Origin: Bacteroidales bacterium
Lineage (GTDB): Bacteria > Bacteroidota > Bacteroidia > Bacteroidales > WCHB1-69
Direction of reading: 5' to 3'
NCBI GenBank assembly: GCA_017549765.1
Contig: JAFYNM010000004.1
Location: 1,161-65,160, forward strand
Length of the DNA: 64,000 bases
Both the position numbers and the translations under genes were made by a program. Positions 17,725 to 27,649 of the stretch are shown here, piece by piece. The notes beneath the pieces are model-generated. The model had not been told where the DNA came from. It ran no database searches and worked only from the letters and a program-made list of their open reading frames with translations. Positions within the stretch are counted from its first letter, which is position 1. Each line of letters opens with the position of its first letter.

Positions 17725-18459
17725 ATGTCTTTGACAGAAACCAAGATCCCTGCCCACGTCGCCATTATCATGGACGGCAACGGACGCTGGGCACAGCAGG
17801 ATGGTCACGAACGCACATACGGGCATCAGCATGCCCTCACCGCTGTGCGCGAAGCCATCGAGTGCGCCGGCGAACTCGGCATCCGCTATCTGACCCTCTA
17901 TGCCTTCTCAACAGAGAACTGGAACCGTCCCAAAGAGGAGGTGCATCTTCTGATGTCGCTCTTCGTGCAGACCGTCCACCATGAGTTGGAGGAGTTAAAC
18001 CAGAAAAATGTGCGCTTGCTGCTCACCGGCCGTATGGAAGACCTGCCCGACGACTGTCAGGTGGCCATGCGTCACGCCATGGAGGTGACGGCCCACAACA
18101 CAGGACTCACCGTCATCCTGGCCCTTAGCTATAGCGGCCGCGCAGAACTGACCGACATGCTCAGAACCGTGGCCCGCAAGGTGGCCGAGGGAAAACTGTC
18201 TCCAGACGAGATATCTTCCGAGACCATCCAACAACACCTCTATCTGCCCGACGTGCCCGACCCCGACATTCTCATCCGCACCGGCGGCGATGTGCGCGTC
18301 AGCAACTTCCTCCTCTATGAAATCGCCTATTCGGAACTCTTCTTCCTGCCTGTCCTTTGGCCTGATTTCAGAAAATCACATCTCCTGGAAGTGATCGAAA
18401 AATATCAAAACAGAGAACGAAGATTTGGAAAAACAAGTGCCCAAATTTCCCAACCATAA
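17725..18459 (+). CDS. uppS: undecaprenyl diphosphate synthase
   Basis: HVAIIMDGNGRWA, FSTENWNRP and IRTGGDVRVSNFLLYEIAYSELFF. I chose the ATG at 17725; the track begins at an upstream TTG (17707). Confidence 0.93.
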   Translation: MSLTETKIPAHVAIIMDGNGRWAQQDGHERTYGHQHALTAVREAIECAGELGIRYLTLYAFSTENWNRPKEEVHLLMSLFVQTVHHELEELNQKNVRLLLTGRMEDLPDDCQVAMRHAMEVTAHNTGLTVILALSYSGRAELTDMLRTVARKVAEGKLSPDEISSETIQQHLYLPDVPDPDILIRTGGDVRVSNFLLYEIAYSELFFLPVLWPDFRKSHLLEVIEKYQNRERRFGKTSAQISQP

Positions 18460-18465
18460 TTTTTG

Positions 18466-18473
18466 TATCTTTG
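18466..18473 (+). promoter_or_regulatory. -7 box TATCTTTG (bamA)
   Basis: Lies 22 nt upstream of the ATG at 18495. Confidence 0.5.
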
Positions 18474-18494
18474 CCAACTTTTTGAAAATTTGGA

Positions 18495-21113
18495 ATGAAA
18501 CTGCAAAAATTCATTTTTGGGCTCCTGTTTACGATCATGATTGTCTGTGCTACAAATAGTTACGGACAGGTCATTATCTCTGGAGACGGCCCTGACAAGC
18601 CTGAAAAAATGGATTATTCCAACCCGCAAGAGTACGAAATCGGCGGTATCACCTCTTCCGGAACCGCTCCTCTGGACCAACGTCTGCTGACTTTCCATGT
18701 GGGCGACAAGATCAAAATCCCCGGTGACGAGATCTCCAATAGCATCAAGGCCCTTTGGCGCACCGGTCTCTACGAGGATGTCGAGATCACCCTCACCCGC
18801 ATCTCCGGCAACCTGGCCTTCCTCGATGTCCGCCTTGAAGACCGTCCCCGTTTGATATCCTTCGGATTCAAAGGGACCACAAAAGCCGACGAGACAGATC
18901 TTCGGGAAAAACTACATATCTCTCAAGGTAATATTATCAATGACAACATGAAGACAACCTGTGTCAACATCATCAAAAAGTATTATGTTGACAAGGGTTT
19001 CTACAATTGTGATGTCAAGATTGAAGAGATTCCGGACGAAAAAATCAAAAATGCTGTCAGCCTCCTGTTTGACATCCAAAAGTCCAAGAAGGTGCGCATT
19101 GCCCAGATTAACATTGAAGGCAACAACAATGTGCCGAAAGCCGTTCTGTTGCGCTCCATGAAGGAGACGAAAGAGAAATCGCGCTTCATGCCGTTGTACA
19201 AGGCCGACACTGCGATAGCCTACACCCTCCGTCACAAAGGCTATTATCAATCCAAGGATATTGTGGAGCACTTTGACGACTACTTCTCCCCGCGTGTGAA
19301 GTTGCGTATCTTCAAACAGTCCAAGTTCATCAAGGAGAGCTATGCCAAAGACAAGGTCAACCTGATCAACAAATACAACGAGCTGGGCTATCGCGATGCC
19401 ATCATCGAACACGACACTTTCTATATCAAAGACGGAAATGTGTTCATTGACATCAAGGTAAATGAAGGTCCGCAGTACTATTTCCGCAATATCAACTTTG
19501 TGGGCAACACGGTATATCCGACCACGACACTCAAACAGTTGTTGGGTATCAGCAAGGGCGATGTCTATAACCAGACGCAACTGACCAAGAACCTGACAAT
19601 GAAAGAGGAGGGCGACGACATTGCCTCCCTGTATATGAACAACGGCTATCTCTTCTTCAGTGCCAATCCCGTGGAGGTGGCGGTTGAGGGCGATTCCATC
19701 GACATTGAGATCCGTATCCGCGAGGGTAAGCAAGCCCGCTACAACCAAATCAATATTGTGGGTAACACCAAGACCAACGACAATGTGATCTTGCGTGAGA
19801 TCACCACCATTCCCGGCCAGCTCTTCAACCGTGCCGATATCATCCGCACGCAGCAAGTGCTGATGTCTCTGGGCTATTTCAACCAGGAGAAGATGGATGT
19901 CCAGCCGAAGCCCAATGAGGCGGATGGTACGGTGGACATCACCTACGTGGTGGAGGAGACCACCTCCGACCAGCTCTCCCTGAGTGCAGGCTATGGTGCC
20001 ACGGGTTTTGTCATCACTGCCGGTGTTACTTTCAACAATTTCTCCACCAAGAAGTTCTTCAAAAAAGATGCCTGGACGCCGATTCCGGGCGGTGACGGAC
20101 AAAGACTCTCTCTCAACGTGTCCACCAACGCTACCTGGTATCAATATTACAACCTATCTTTCACCGAACCTTGGTTGGGTGGCAAGAAGCCTAATGCCTT
20201 GACACTGGGTATCTATTATCAAAAGCAAACGAACAACCACAAAAAAACGGAAGACACGTATGCCTGTTCCAGCATTGCTGGCGCCTCCCTTTCGTTGGCC
20301 AGCCAGCTGAAATGGCCTGATGACTATTTCTCCATGTCGCACACCTTGTCTTACGAATACTATAATGTCAAAAACTGGTCTGGCTATTATGTTTTCAGCA
20401 ATGGCCATGCCAACAGTTTGAGCTATATCTTCACGTTGTCGAGAAACTCTGTCAATGCGCCAATCTATCCGCGCGAGGGATCCAGCATCTCCTTCTCGGT
20501 GCAGGTAACCCCGCCGTACTCTTTGTTCTCCCACAAGGACTATGCCAACGCAACCGATCAGGAGAAGTATAAATGGATGGAGTTTCACAAATGGAAATTC
20601 AACGCCTCCTGGTTCACCCGCATTGTCGATAATCTGGTGTTGAATATCCGATTGAAGATGGGCTTTATGGGTTGCTACAACCAAGATATCGGCATCACTC
20701 CGTTCGGTCGTTTCTATCTGGGTGGCGACGGTCTGTCCACCTATGCATACGACGGTCGTGAGGTCATAGGCATGCGCGGTTATGAGGACGAGGTGCTATC
20801 TCCCTATCTGGACGGTCTCTCCACCGGTGCTAGCATCTATCATAAGTTTACTGCCGAGTTGCGCTATCCCATCACCCTCAACCCCACGGCGACGGTTTAT
20901 CTCCTCGCCTTCCTGGAAGCGGGCAAGGGCTGGATTGACAAGCATCAATACAATCCGTTCAACCTCTATAAGTCTGCCGGTGTCGGCGTGCGCGTCTATC
21001 TGCCTATGTTCGGCTTGCTCGGCTTCGACTACGGCTACGGCTTCGACGATGTGCCAGGACGAAACACCAAACACAGCCAGTTCCACATCTCCATCAATCA
21101 ATCCATCGACTAA
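18495..21113 (+). CDS. bamA: outer membrane protein assembly factor BamA
   Basis: 872 aa. Repeated POTRA-like modules, then an Omp85 barrel. Lies between uppS and the skp genes. Confidence 0.93.
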   Translation: MKLQKFIFGLLFTIMIVCATNSYGQVIISGDGPDKPEKMDYSNPQEYEIGGITSSGTAPLDQRLLTFHVGDKIKIPGDEISNSIKALWRTGLYEDVEITLTRISGNLAFLDVRLEDRPRLISFGFKGTTKADETDLREKLHISQGNIINDNMKTTCVNIIKKYYVDKGFYNCDVKIEEIPDEKIKNAVSLLFDIQKSKKVRIAQINIEGNNNVPKAVLLRSMKETKEKSRFMPLYKADTAIAYTLRHKGYYQSKDIVEHFDDYFSPRVKLRIFKQSKFIKESYAKDKVNLINKYNELGYRDAIIEHDTFYIKDGNVFIDIKVNEGPQYYFRNINFVGNTVYPTTTLKQLLGISKGDVYNQTQLTKNLTMKEEGDDIASLYMNNGYLFFSANPVEVAVEGDSIDIEIRIREGKQARYNQINIVGNTKTNDNVILREITTIPGQLFNRADIIRTQQVLMSLGYFNQEKMDVQPKPNEADGTVDITYVVEETTSDQLSLSAGYGATGFVITAGVTFNNFSTKKFFKKDAWTPIPGGDGQRLSLNVSTNATWYQYYNLSFTEPWLGGKKPNALTLGIYYQKQTNNHKKTEDTYACSSIAGASLSLASQLKWPDDYFSMSHTLSYEYYNVKNWSGYYVFSNGHANSLSYIFTLSRNSVNAPIYPREGSSISFSVQVTPPYSLFSHKDYANATDQEKYKWMEFHKWKFNASWFTRIVDNLVLNIRLKMGFMGCYNQDIGITPFGRFYLGGDGLSTYAYDGREVIGMRGYEDEVLSPYLDGLSTGASIYHKFTAELRYPITLNPTATVYLLAFLEAGKGWIDKHQYNPFNLYKSAGVGVRVYLPMFGLLGFDYGYGFDDVPGRNTKHSQFHISINQSID

Positions 21114-21166
21114 TACAATAAAAATCCATCCTTCACGTTTATAACATCACAAAAAAATATACTAAG

Positions 21167-21697
21167 ATGAAAAAAATTATCCTTTTTGCCTTGATTTGTT
21201 TTGCCTGTATGACCTCTTTCGGGCAAAAATATGCGTATATCAATTCAGAGTATATCCTTTCCAACATGTCGGAATACAAAGAGGCCCAAGCCGAGCTGAA
21301 CCGTCTGGCCGTGATGTGGCAGAAAGAAATTGAAGCCAAGTTCTCTGCCATTGACTCCATGTACAAGAGATACCAAGTGGAGGCCATCACCATGCCGGAG
21401 CAGATAAAGATCAGCCGCGAGGAGGCTATCATCGCAGAGGAGAAGGCTGCCAAGGACTTGCAAAAGAAACGTTTTGGCCAGGACGGCGACCTCTTCAAGA
21501 AAAGAGAAGAGCTCGTAAAGCCGATCCAAGATCGTGTGATCTCCACTGTTAACGACTATGCCAAAGAGAAAGGCTATGCCTTTGTGTTTGACGCCGCTGG
21601 CGATATGACCATCATCTATGCCGACCCGAAATGGGACATCAATGCCCAAATTTTACAAAAATTGGGCGTTTCAGTAAACGATGAGCTGGATGATTAG
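21167..21697 (+). CDS. OmpH/Skp family periplasmic chaperone (copy 1)
   Basis: Signal peptide, coiled-coil rich in E/K/Q. C-terminal motif KEKGYAFVFD is typical of OmpH. Confidence 0.85.
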   Translation: MKKIILFALICFACMTSFGQKYAYINSEYILSNMSEYKEAQAELNRLAVMWQKEIEAKFSAIDSMYKRYQVEAITMPEQIKISREEAIIAEEKAAKDLQKKRFGQDGDLFKKREELVKPIQDRVISTVNDYAKEKGYAFVFDAAGDMTIIYADPKWDINAQILQKLGVSVNDELDD

Positions 21698-21746
21698 TCT
21701 ATCTCCCTGTTTTTTGAAATTTTATAAATCAGAAAAAAATATTAGA

Positions 21747-22244
21747 ATGAAAAAATTGTTAGTTCTCGTGGCAGCTGTTCTGCTTTTCTCTTTGAACCCT
21801 GCCTCTGCTCAAAAGTACGGACATGTCAACTCCAGCGAGATCTTGGAGCTGATGCCCGGTATCGATTCCCTGCAAATCAAACTGATGGCTTTCCAGACGG
21901 AATTACAGACGGAGTATCAAAACATGGTGCAAGAATATCAACAGAAAAAAGACAAATTCGACCGTGAAGTCGGCACCATGTCCTCTTCCGTCCGCCAACT
22001 CCGTGAAAAAGACCTGGAAGACCTGGCCAACCGTATCCAGGCTTTCCAAGCGGATGTGCAGGAAGACTTAGAGGAGAAACAGTATGAACTGGCCAAGCCT
22101 TTCCAAGATAAGATTCAGAATGCCATCAACAAGGTGGCCAAAGATCATGGCTACGCCTACATCTTCGATACAAAGATCCTCCTCTACTTTGAAAGTGGTG
22201 AGGATATCACCCCGTTGGTCAAGAAAGAATTAGGGATCAAGTAA
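21747..22244 (+). CDS. OmpH/Skp family periplasmic chaperone (copy 2)
   Basis: MKKLLVLVAAVLL signal peptide; KDHGYAYIFD motif. Start taken at an internal ATG of the track ORF. Confidence 0.85.
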   Translation: MKKLLVLVAAVLLFSLNPASAQKYGHVNSSEILELMPGIDSLQIKLMAFQTELQTEYQNMVQEYQQKKDKFDREVGTMSSSVRQLREKDLEDLANRIQAFQADVQEDLEEKQYELAKPFQDKIQNAINKVAKDHGYAYIFDTKILLYFESGEDITPLVKKELGIK

Positions 22245-22256
22245 AACACCACTGCC

Positions 22257-22757
22257 ATGAAGAAACTGTTTTTGATATTGTTGGCAGTTTTGTGCTGTGC
22301 GGGCCTTTCTGCCCAGAAGGCGAAGTTCGGACATGTGGACTATGCTTCCATCATGCCGCTGATGCCCGGCATTGATACGGCCAAGACCGCACTCGCTGCC
22401 TTGCAGGCCGAGTTGGAGGAGGAAGGAGCCCTTATGTCCCAGGAACTCCAACAGAAAGAGGCTGACTATATGAAGCTGGCCAACTCCGGTGCCTCCGCCG
22501 CCGTGCTTAAGGTGAAAGAGGATGAATTCAACAAACTGTATGAGCGCTTCCAAACGTTTGTCTCTGATGGAGAAAGACGTCTGCAAGAGAAGCAGCTGGA
22601 GTTGTTGAAACCATTCCAGGAGAATATTATGGCTGCCATCAAGAAGGTGGCGCAAGCAGAGCATTACACCTACGTATTCGATATTTCCACCCTGGCTTTC
22701 TATGGCGAATCCACGGATTTGACCGCGGCCGTTAAGAAAGAGCTGGGTATTCAATAA
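22257..22757 (+). CDS. OmpH/Skp family periplasmic chaperone (copy 3)
   Basis: Signal peptide; AEHYTYVFD motif. Same architecture as the two preceding genes. Confidence 0.85.
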   Translation: MKKLFLILLAVLCCAGLSAQKAKFGHVDYASIMPLMPGIDTAKTALAALQAELEEEGALMSQELQQKEADYMKLANSGASAAVLKVKEDEFNKLYERFQTFVSDGERRLQEKQLELLKPFQENIMAAIKKVAQAEHYTYVFDISTLAFYGESTDLTAAVKKELGIQ

Positions 22758-22777
22758 ATCCCCCTTTTAAGGATACG

Positions 22778-22814
22778 AAAAAACCCTGATGACACGAAGT
22801 CGTCAGGGTTTTTT
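22778..22814. terminator. bidirectional rho-independent terminator
   Basis: aaaaaa ccctgatgac acgaa gtcgtcaggg tttttt. Lies between convergent skp copy 3 and the S9 peptidase gene. Confidence 0.75.
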
Positions 22815-22846
22815 ATTTTGGAGTTTTCCGAAAGAAATGTCGCCTT

Positions 22847-24949
22847 TTATCTCAAATGCACATTGAACCAGTCGATGAAGTTGCGGTGCCACAAGAGACT
22901 ATTCTGGGGTTTCAGTACCCAGTGGGTCTCGTCGGGGAAGTAGAGATAGCGGGCTTCCAGGCCGCGCAGCTTGGCTGCATTGTAAGCGGCCATACCTTGT
23001 GAGGCCACAATACGGAAGTCGAACTCGCTGTGGATCACGCAGATGGGCGCATTCCATTTGTCAACGAACCGATGCGGCGAGAAGCCATAGCTCTTTTTAA
23101 CCTGCGGGTTGTTCCAATCCCAGTAAGGTCCGCCAATGTCCCAGTTCTCAAACCAGAGCTCTTCCGTCTCCAGATATTGTTGTTCGAAGTTGAACATGCC
23201 GTTGTGCGCCAAGAGTACTTTGAAACGACGGCCGTCCTTGTAACCGGGTACATCGTAGTTGTGTCCTGCGAGCCAATAGACGCTGAAGCCGCCGAAGCTG
23301 GCACCGCAAGCACCGAGACGCTCTTTGTCAATCTGCTTCACGCTGTCGGTGAAGTAATCGGCGGCGCGCATGTAGTCCTGCATACAGAGACCGCCGTAGT
23401 CGCCGCTGATCTCCTCGCACCACTCCTTGCCGAAGCCGATGGTGCCGCGGCGGTTGGGTGCGATGATGAAATATTCGGCCCCGCTCATCACCATGAAGTT
23501 CCAACGCGTGCTCCAGAACTGGCTCACCATGGATTGCGGACCGCCCTCACAGTATAGCAGTGCGGGATAGACCTTCGTGCTGTCATAGTTGTAAGGATAG
23601 ATGAGCCACGTGAGCATCTCCTTGCCATCGACGGTCTTGATCCAATGCTCCTCGACCTTGCCCATGCGTACTTGCGAGAGCACGTCGTCGTTGATGGAGG
23701 AGATCTTCTTACCATCTGCCTTGTCGTCGGTGAGGTTATAGACGTAGATCTCAGCCGGATATTGGATAGAGACCTGGTCGGCGTAGAGTTTGCCGTTTAC
23801 CAACTCAAAGCCGTGGATGTCATGATAGCCGTGGGAGATCTGACGGAACTCCTTGGTGGCGCGGTTGCAGGCGAAGATCTCATCCATGCCGCGGTAGTTG
23901 ACCACTCCCAAAATCTCTTGGTCGTCATCCGTCCAGCTGATGCCGGTGAAGTTGTAGTCGAAGTTTTCGGACATATTGGTGCGCTCGCCGGTGGCAAGGT
24001 CCATCACCATCAGTCGCAGTTGGTCGCTTTCGCAGCCATCGCGCTCCATGCTCTCCCAGGCAATCATCTTGCCGTCATGGCTGAACACAGGGTTCTGGTC
24101 ATAGCCCATGATGCCCTCGCTGATGTTTTTGGTAGTCTTCTTCTCGATATCATAGAGGAAGATGTCGCTGTTAGTGGAAAGCGCGTAGTCTTTGCCCGTC
24201 TTTTTGCGGCAGGTGTAGGCGATCTTTTTGCTGTCGGGACTATAGTTAAATTGCTCCACGCCACCCCATGGACGCATAGGGCACTCGAAGGTGCTGTCGA
24301 TAAGGCAGATGGCCTTGTCCACATCGATTTTCTTACCATCGAATTCGGCGAGGAAGATTTGCGGATACTCATCCACCCAGTTATCCCAGTGACGGTACAT
24401 GAGATCCTCGTTGATGCGGCCGGAGGTCTTGTCGAGACCGGCATAAAGATGCTCCAGGTTGTTGGGGCGCGTCACGGGCTTGGTGGTGATATAGACGACA
24501 GACTTGCCGTCCGGGGCGAGCTTAAAGCCCTCGAACCCGAGGGAGGCAAGTACACGCTCTTTGCCGTTCTTCACCTCCATGGAGATGATCTCGTTGTCGC
24601 GACAGAAGAGCAGCGTCTCGTTGTCTTTCCATACCAGGTTGAACTCGCTGCTGGCAGTGGTGGTAATCCGGGCCACATGACTGCCGTCGGCGTTCATCAG
24701 GTAAATATCGGCGTTACCCTTGTTTTCATCCATGTCGTAATAGGTGACGGTGTAGGCAATCTGTTTGCCGTCTGGGGAGACCGTTTTTTCGCCCATTTTG
24801 CCCAGCGCCCACATCACCTCGGGGGTGAAGCGGCCGTCCTGGACCTGGATTTCGGATTTGCCGATGATGTTTACACAATTCGTGTCTTGCTTTTTGTGGC
24901 AGGTACAAAGTAGTGACACTAAAGCAATTGCAAATAATAGTTTCTTCAT
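22847..24949 (-). CDS. S9 family serine peptidase (beta-propeller plus prolyl-oligopeptidase-type hydrolase domain)
   Basis: Start at MKKLLFAIALVSLLCTC (lipoprotein-like). The 159-aa upstream extension in the track was rejected as junk. Nucleophile elbow GASFGGFSVYWLAG. C-terminal DETHWV region. Confidence 0.88.
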   Translation of the reverse strand: MKKLLFAIALVSLLCTCHKKQDTNCVNIIGKSEIQVQDGRFTPEVMWALGKMGEKTVSPDGKQIAYTVTYYDMDENKGNADIYLMNADGSHVARITTTASSEFNLVWKDNETLLFCRDNEIISMEVKNGKERVLASLGFEGFKLAPDGKSVVYITTKPVTRPNNLEHLYAGLDKTSGRINEDLMYRHWDNWVDEYPQIFLAEFDGKKIDVDKAICLIDSTFECPMRPWGGVEQFNYSPDSKKIAYTCRKKTGKDYALSTNSDIFLYDIEKKTTKNISEGIMGYDQNPVFSHDGKMIAWESMERDGCESDQLRLMVMDLATGERTNMSENFDYNFTGISWTDDDQEILGVVNYRGMDEIFACNRATKEFRQISHGYHDIHGFELVNGKLYADQVSIQYPAEIYVYNLTDDKADGKKISSINDDVLSQVRMGKVEEHWIKTVDGKEMLTWLIYPYNYDSTKVYPALLYCEGGPQSMVSQFWSTRWNFMVMSGAEYFIIAPNRRGTIGFGKEWCEEISGDYGGLCMQDYMRAADYFTDSVKQIDKERLGACGASFGGFSVYWLAGHNYDVPGYKDGRRFKVLLAHNGMFNFEQQYLETEELWFENWDIGGPYWDWNNPQVKKSYGFSPHRFVDKWNAPICVIHSEFDFRIVASQGMAAYNAAKLRGLEARYLYFPDETHWVLKPQNSLLWHRNFIDWFNVHLR

Positions 24950-25002
24950 AGGGAGATATTTATTATGATTCTTAAAAAATGCAAAGAAGAGTGTTGGAGA
25001 AG

Positions 25003-26307
25003 TTATTTTTTTCGGAAATAGATCTCCATAGGTACTCCGGAGAAGTTCCAGTGTTTGCGGATCTGGTTCTCCAGGAAGCGTTTGTAAGAGTCCACCACGT
25101 ATTGCGGCAGGTTGCAGAAGAAGGCGAAGGTGGGGTAGGCTACGGGCAGCTGGGTCACATATTTGATGCGGATTACCTTGTCTTTGTTCATCGGGGGCGG
25201 TGTCTGCTGGATGATGGGCAGCAGGGTGTCGTTCAGTTCGGAGGTGGATATCTTGAGTGTCCGGTTCTGATAGACCTGCACGGCCGTTTCCAGCACTTTG
25301 TAGATGCGTTGTTTCTCTTTCACGGAAGTGAAGATGATGGGCACATCGTTGAAGGGCGCAATGCGTTTGCGGATGAGGTCTTCGTACTCCTTGTGAGTGT
25401 GGGTGTCCTTTTCGATGAGGTCCCACTTGTTCATCACCACCACGATGCCTTTGTGGTTGCGGGCGGCAAGACCGAAAATGTTGAGGTCTTGCTGCTCAAA
25501 GCCTTGGGAGGCATCTGCCATGACGATGCAGACGTCTGCGTTTTCGATGGAACGGACGGCGCGCATGACGGAATAGAATTCCAGGTCTTCCTCCACCTTG
25601 CTCTTCTTGCGGAGACCGGCGGTGTCGATGAGATAGAAATCGAAGCCGAAGCTCTTGTAGCGGGTGAAGATGGTGTCTCGGGTGGTGCCGGCCAGCGGGG
25701 TCACAATGTGCCGTTCCTCGCCGAGGAAGGCGTTGATGATGGAGGACTTGCCCACGTTAGGTTTGCCCACGATGGCGATGCGTGGCAGGTCGTCGGTGTT
25801 TTCCTCCTTGTCTTTGGAGAAATGTGTCACCACTGCATCCAACAGTTCGCCCGTGCCACTGCCTGAGACAGCCGAGATGGGATAAATCTCCGGAATGCCC
25901 AAGGCGTAGAACTCGGTGTAATCCAAGTAGTTGGAAGGGCTATCGATCTTATTGACCGCTAGGTAGTAGGGCTTGCCGCTCTGTCGCAGGATATCGGCCA
26001 CCTCTTCATCCAAGGGAGTCAGGCCCTCGCGGCCGTCCACCATGAGGACGATGACGTCGGATTCTTCAATGGCCAAGGTGGCCTGTTTGCGGATCTCCGC
26101 CTCGAAGATGTCGTCGGAACCGACCACGTAGCCGCCCGTGTCGATGACGGAGAACTCGTAGCCGTTCCAGTCAGACTTGCCGTAATGGCGGTCGCGGGTG
26201 ACGCCTGCCACGGAGTCCACGATGGCTTCGCGGGCTTTGATGAGGCGGTTGAAGAAAGTGGATTTTCCGACATTCGGTCTGCCGATGAGGGATAATATGT
26301 TGGACAT
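25003..26307 (-). CDS. der: ribosome-associated GTPase Der (EngA)
   Basis: Two G domains (GRPNVGKSTFFN and GKPNVGKSSIIN), followed by a KH-like C-terminal domain. Confidence 0.96.
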   Translation of the reverse strand: MSNILSLIGRPNVGKSTFFNRLIKAREAIVDSVAGVTRDRHYGKSDWNGYEFSVIDTGGYVVGSDDIFEAEIRKQATLAIEESDVIVLMVDGREGLTPLDEEVADILRQSGKPYYLAVNKIDSPSNYLDYTEFYALGIPEIYPISAVSGSGTGELLDAVVTHFSKDKEENTDDLPRIAIVGKPNVGKSSIINAFLGEERHIVTPLAGTTRDTIFTRYKSFGFDFYLIDTAGLRKKSKVEEDLEFYSVMRAVRSIENADVCIVMADASQGFEQQDLNIFGLAARNHKGIVVVMNKWDLIEKDTHTHKEYEDLIRKRIAPFNDVPIIFTSVKEKQRIYKVLETAVQVYQNRTLKISTSELNDTLLPIIQQTPPPMNKDKVIRIKYVTQLPVAYPTFAFFCNLPQYVVDSYKRFLENQIRKHWNFSGVPMEIYFRKK

Positions 26308-26352
26308 GATAGTGGATTTTTCTTGTGTCAGTACGAATATTCAATGAAACGG

Positions 26353-26360
26353 CAAAGATA
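26353..26360 (-). promoter_or_regulatory. -7 box TATCTTTG (der)
   Basis: Plus strand reads caaagata. Lies 46 nt upstream of the der ATG. Confidence 0.4.
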
Positions 26361-26383
26361 CAAATTTCTGCCAATCACATAAA

Positions 26384-26414
26384 AAGAGAGGATGCGCGTG
26401 ACACATCCTCTCTT
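26384..26414 (-). terminator. rho-independent terminator after gcvH
   Basis: 11-bp stem aagagaggatg / catcctctctt. A T-run follows on the minus strand. Confidence 0.65.
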
Positions 26415-26436
26415 AAGTTTTTTCCCAAAAAATGGA

Positions 26437-26814
26437 TTATGCGATGAAAGCCTCGTAAGCGGCAGCGTCCATCAGGCTGTCAGCTTCAGCGGGATCGGTC
26501 ATTTTGATCTTGACAATCCAGCCTTCACCATAAGGATCGGAGTTGACCAATGCGGGTTCGCCTTCCAGAGCCTCGTTGAACTCCACGACTTCGCCACCCA
26601 CTGGCAACATCAGGTCGGCAACCGTCTTAACGGCCTCGATAGAACCGAAAACCTCGTCTTTGTCCAAGGTCTCGCCCACAGAGGGGATATCCAGGAAAAC
26701 GATGTCGCCCAACTCATTGGCGGCGTGAGCGGAAATGCCTACGAAAGCGAATTCGCCTTCAACTCTTAACCATTCGTGGTCATTGGAGTACTTTAAATTT
26801 GCGGGAATATTCAT
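26437..26814 (-). CDS. gcvH: glycine cleavage system protein H
   Basis: 125 aa. Lipoyl-lysine motif [23 protein letters not shown]. Confidence 0.95.
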   Translation of the reverse strand: MNIPANLKYSNDHEWLRVEGEFAFVGISAHAANELGDIVFLDIPSVGETLDKDEVFGSIEAVKTVADLMLPVGGEVVEFNEALEGEPALVNSDPYGEGWIVKIKMTDPAEADSLMDAAAYEAFIA

Positions 26815-26849
26815 AATAGATCTATTTAATGATTGATACTAAAGTTTTC

Positions 26850-27413
26850 TTATAGGGTCATGATCTCTTTTTCCTTGGCATCCATGATTTTGTCCACCTT
26901 GGCGATCATTTCGTCAGTGACCTTCTGGATGTCGTTTTCGAGTTTCTTGACAGCGTCTTCCTCCACGCCGTTGTCTTTGAGTTTCTTGGCCTCGTCGTTG
27001 GCGGTACGGCGGATGTTGCGGATGGAGACCTTGGTCTGTTCAGCCTCTTGTTTGGCCTTCTTGACCAGTTCTTTACGACGCTCCTCTGTCGGGGTGGGGA
27101 CGATCAGACGGATGAACTCGCCGTTGTTTTGCGGGGTCATACCGATATTGGCGGCAAGGATGGCCTTTTCAATCACCGGCAGCATGTTGCGTTCCCAAGG
27201 TTGGATGACAATCTGGTGGGCATCGGGCGTGTTGATGTTGGCCACTTGATCCACCGGAGTGGGGTTGCCGTAATAGTCCACCCGTAAACCTTCCAGCATT
27301 TGGGGAGAGGCCTTGCCGGCCCGAATCTTCTGCAAACTCTTGTCAAAGAAGGTCACCGTGGCGTTCATATTGTCTTTTGTCTGTTTCAAGCAGGTTTGTG
27401 TATCCATTGCCAT
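26850..27413 (-). CDS. frr: ribosome recycling factor
   Basis: 187 aa. RAGKASPQMLEGLRVDYYG, IRNIRRTANDEAKKL. Confidence 0.95.
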   Translation of the reverse strand: MAMDTQTCLKQTKDNMNATVTFFDKSLQKIRAGKASPQMLEGLRVDYYGNPTPVDQVANINTPDAHQIVIQPWERNMLPVIEKAILAANIGMTPQNNGEFIRLIVPTPTEERRKELVKKAKQEAEQTKVSIRNIRRTANDEAKKLKDNGVEEDAVKKLENDIQKVTDEMIAKVDKIMDAKEKEIMTL

Positions 27414-27649
27414 AGCGCAGTCGTTTTTTATAAATTGTTAATATTCAATATGTTAATAAAAAATTGATAGGTTTGGACACGTATAAGGTCCTCTTTATCT
27501 TTTTCGGGCGCAAATATAGTTTTTATTTTTTATTTGACGAATACAAGTTTTATGCCAAAAAAGTGTATATAGTCACCTTTTTTATTTTCCCCATACAATA
27601 ATATTTAGGAATGTTCGTTATACGTCTTTGTACAAAAAAATAACGAAAC

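Noticed and set aside
24950-25426. A 159-aa N-terminal extension of the S9 peptidase ORF in the track. Similar upstream extensions occur at 8376-8399, 10084-10245, 11451-11747, 40036-40185, 45213-45284, 49828-49872, 49875-49931 and 53547-53882.
   Set aside because: The extensions start at non-ATG codons and overlap neighbouring genes or promoters. They have junk composition, and each is followed by an internal ATG with a proper signal peptide or conserved N-terminus just downstream of a TAnnTTTG box.
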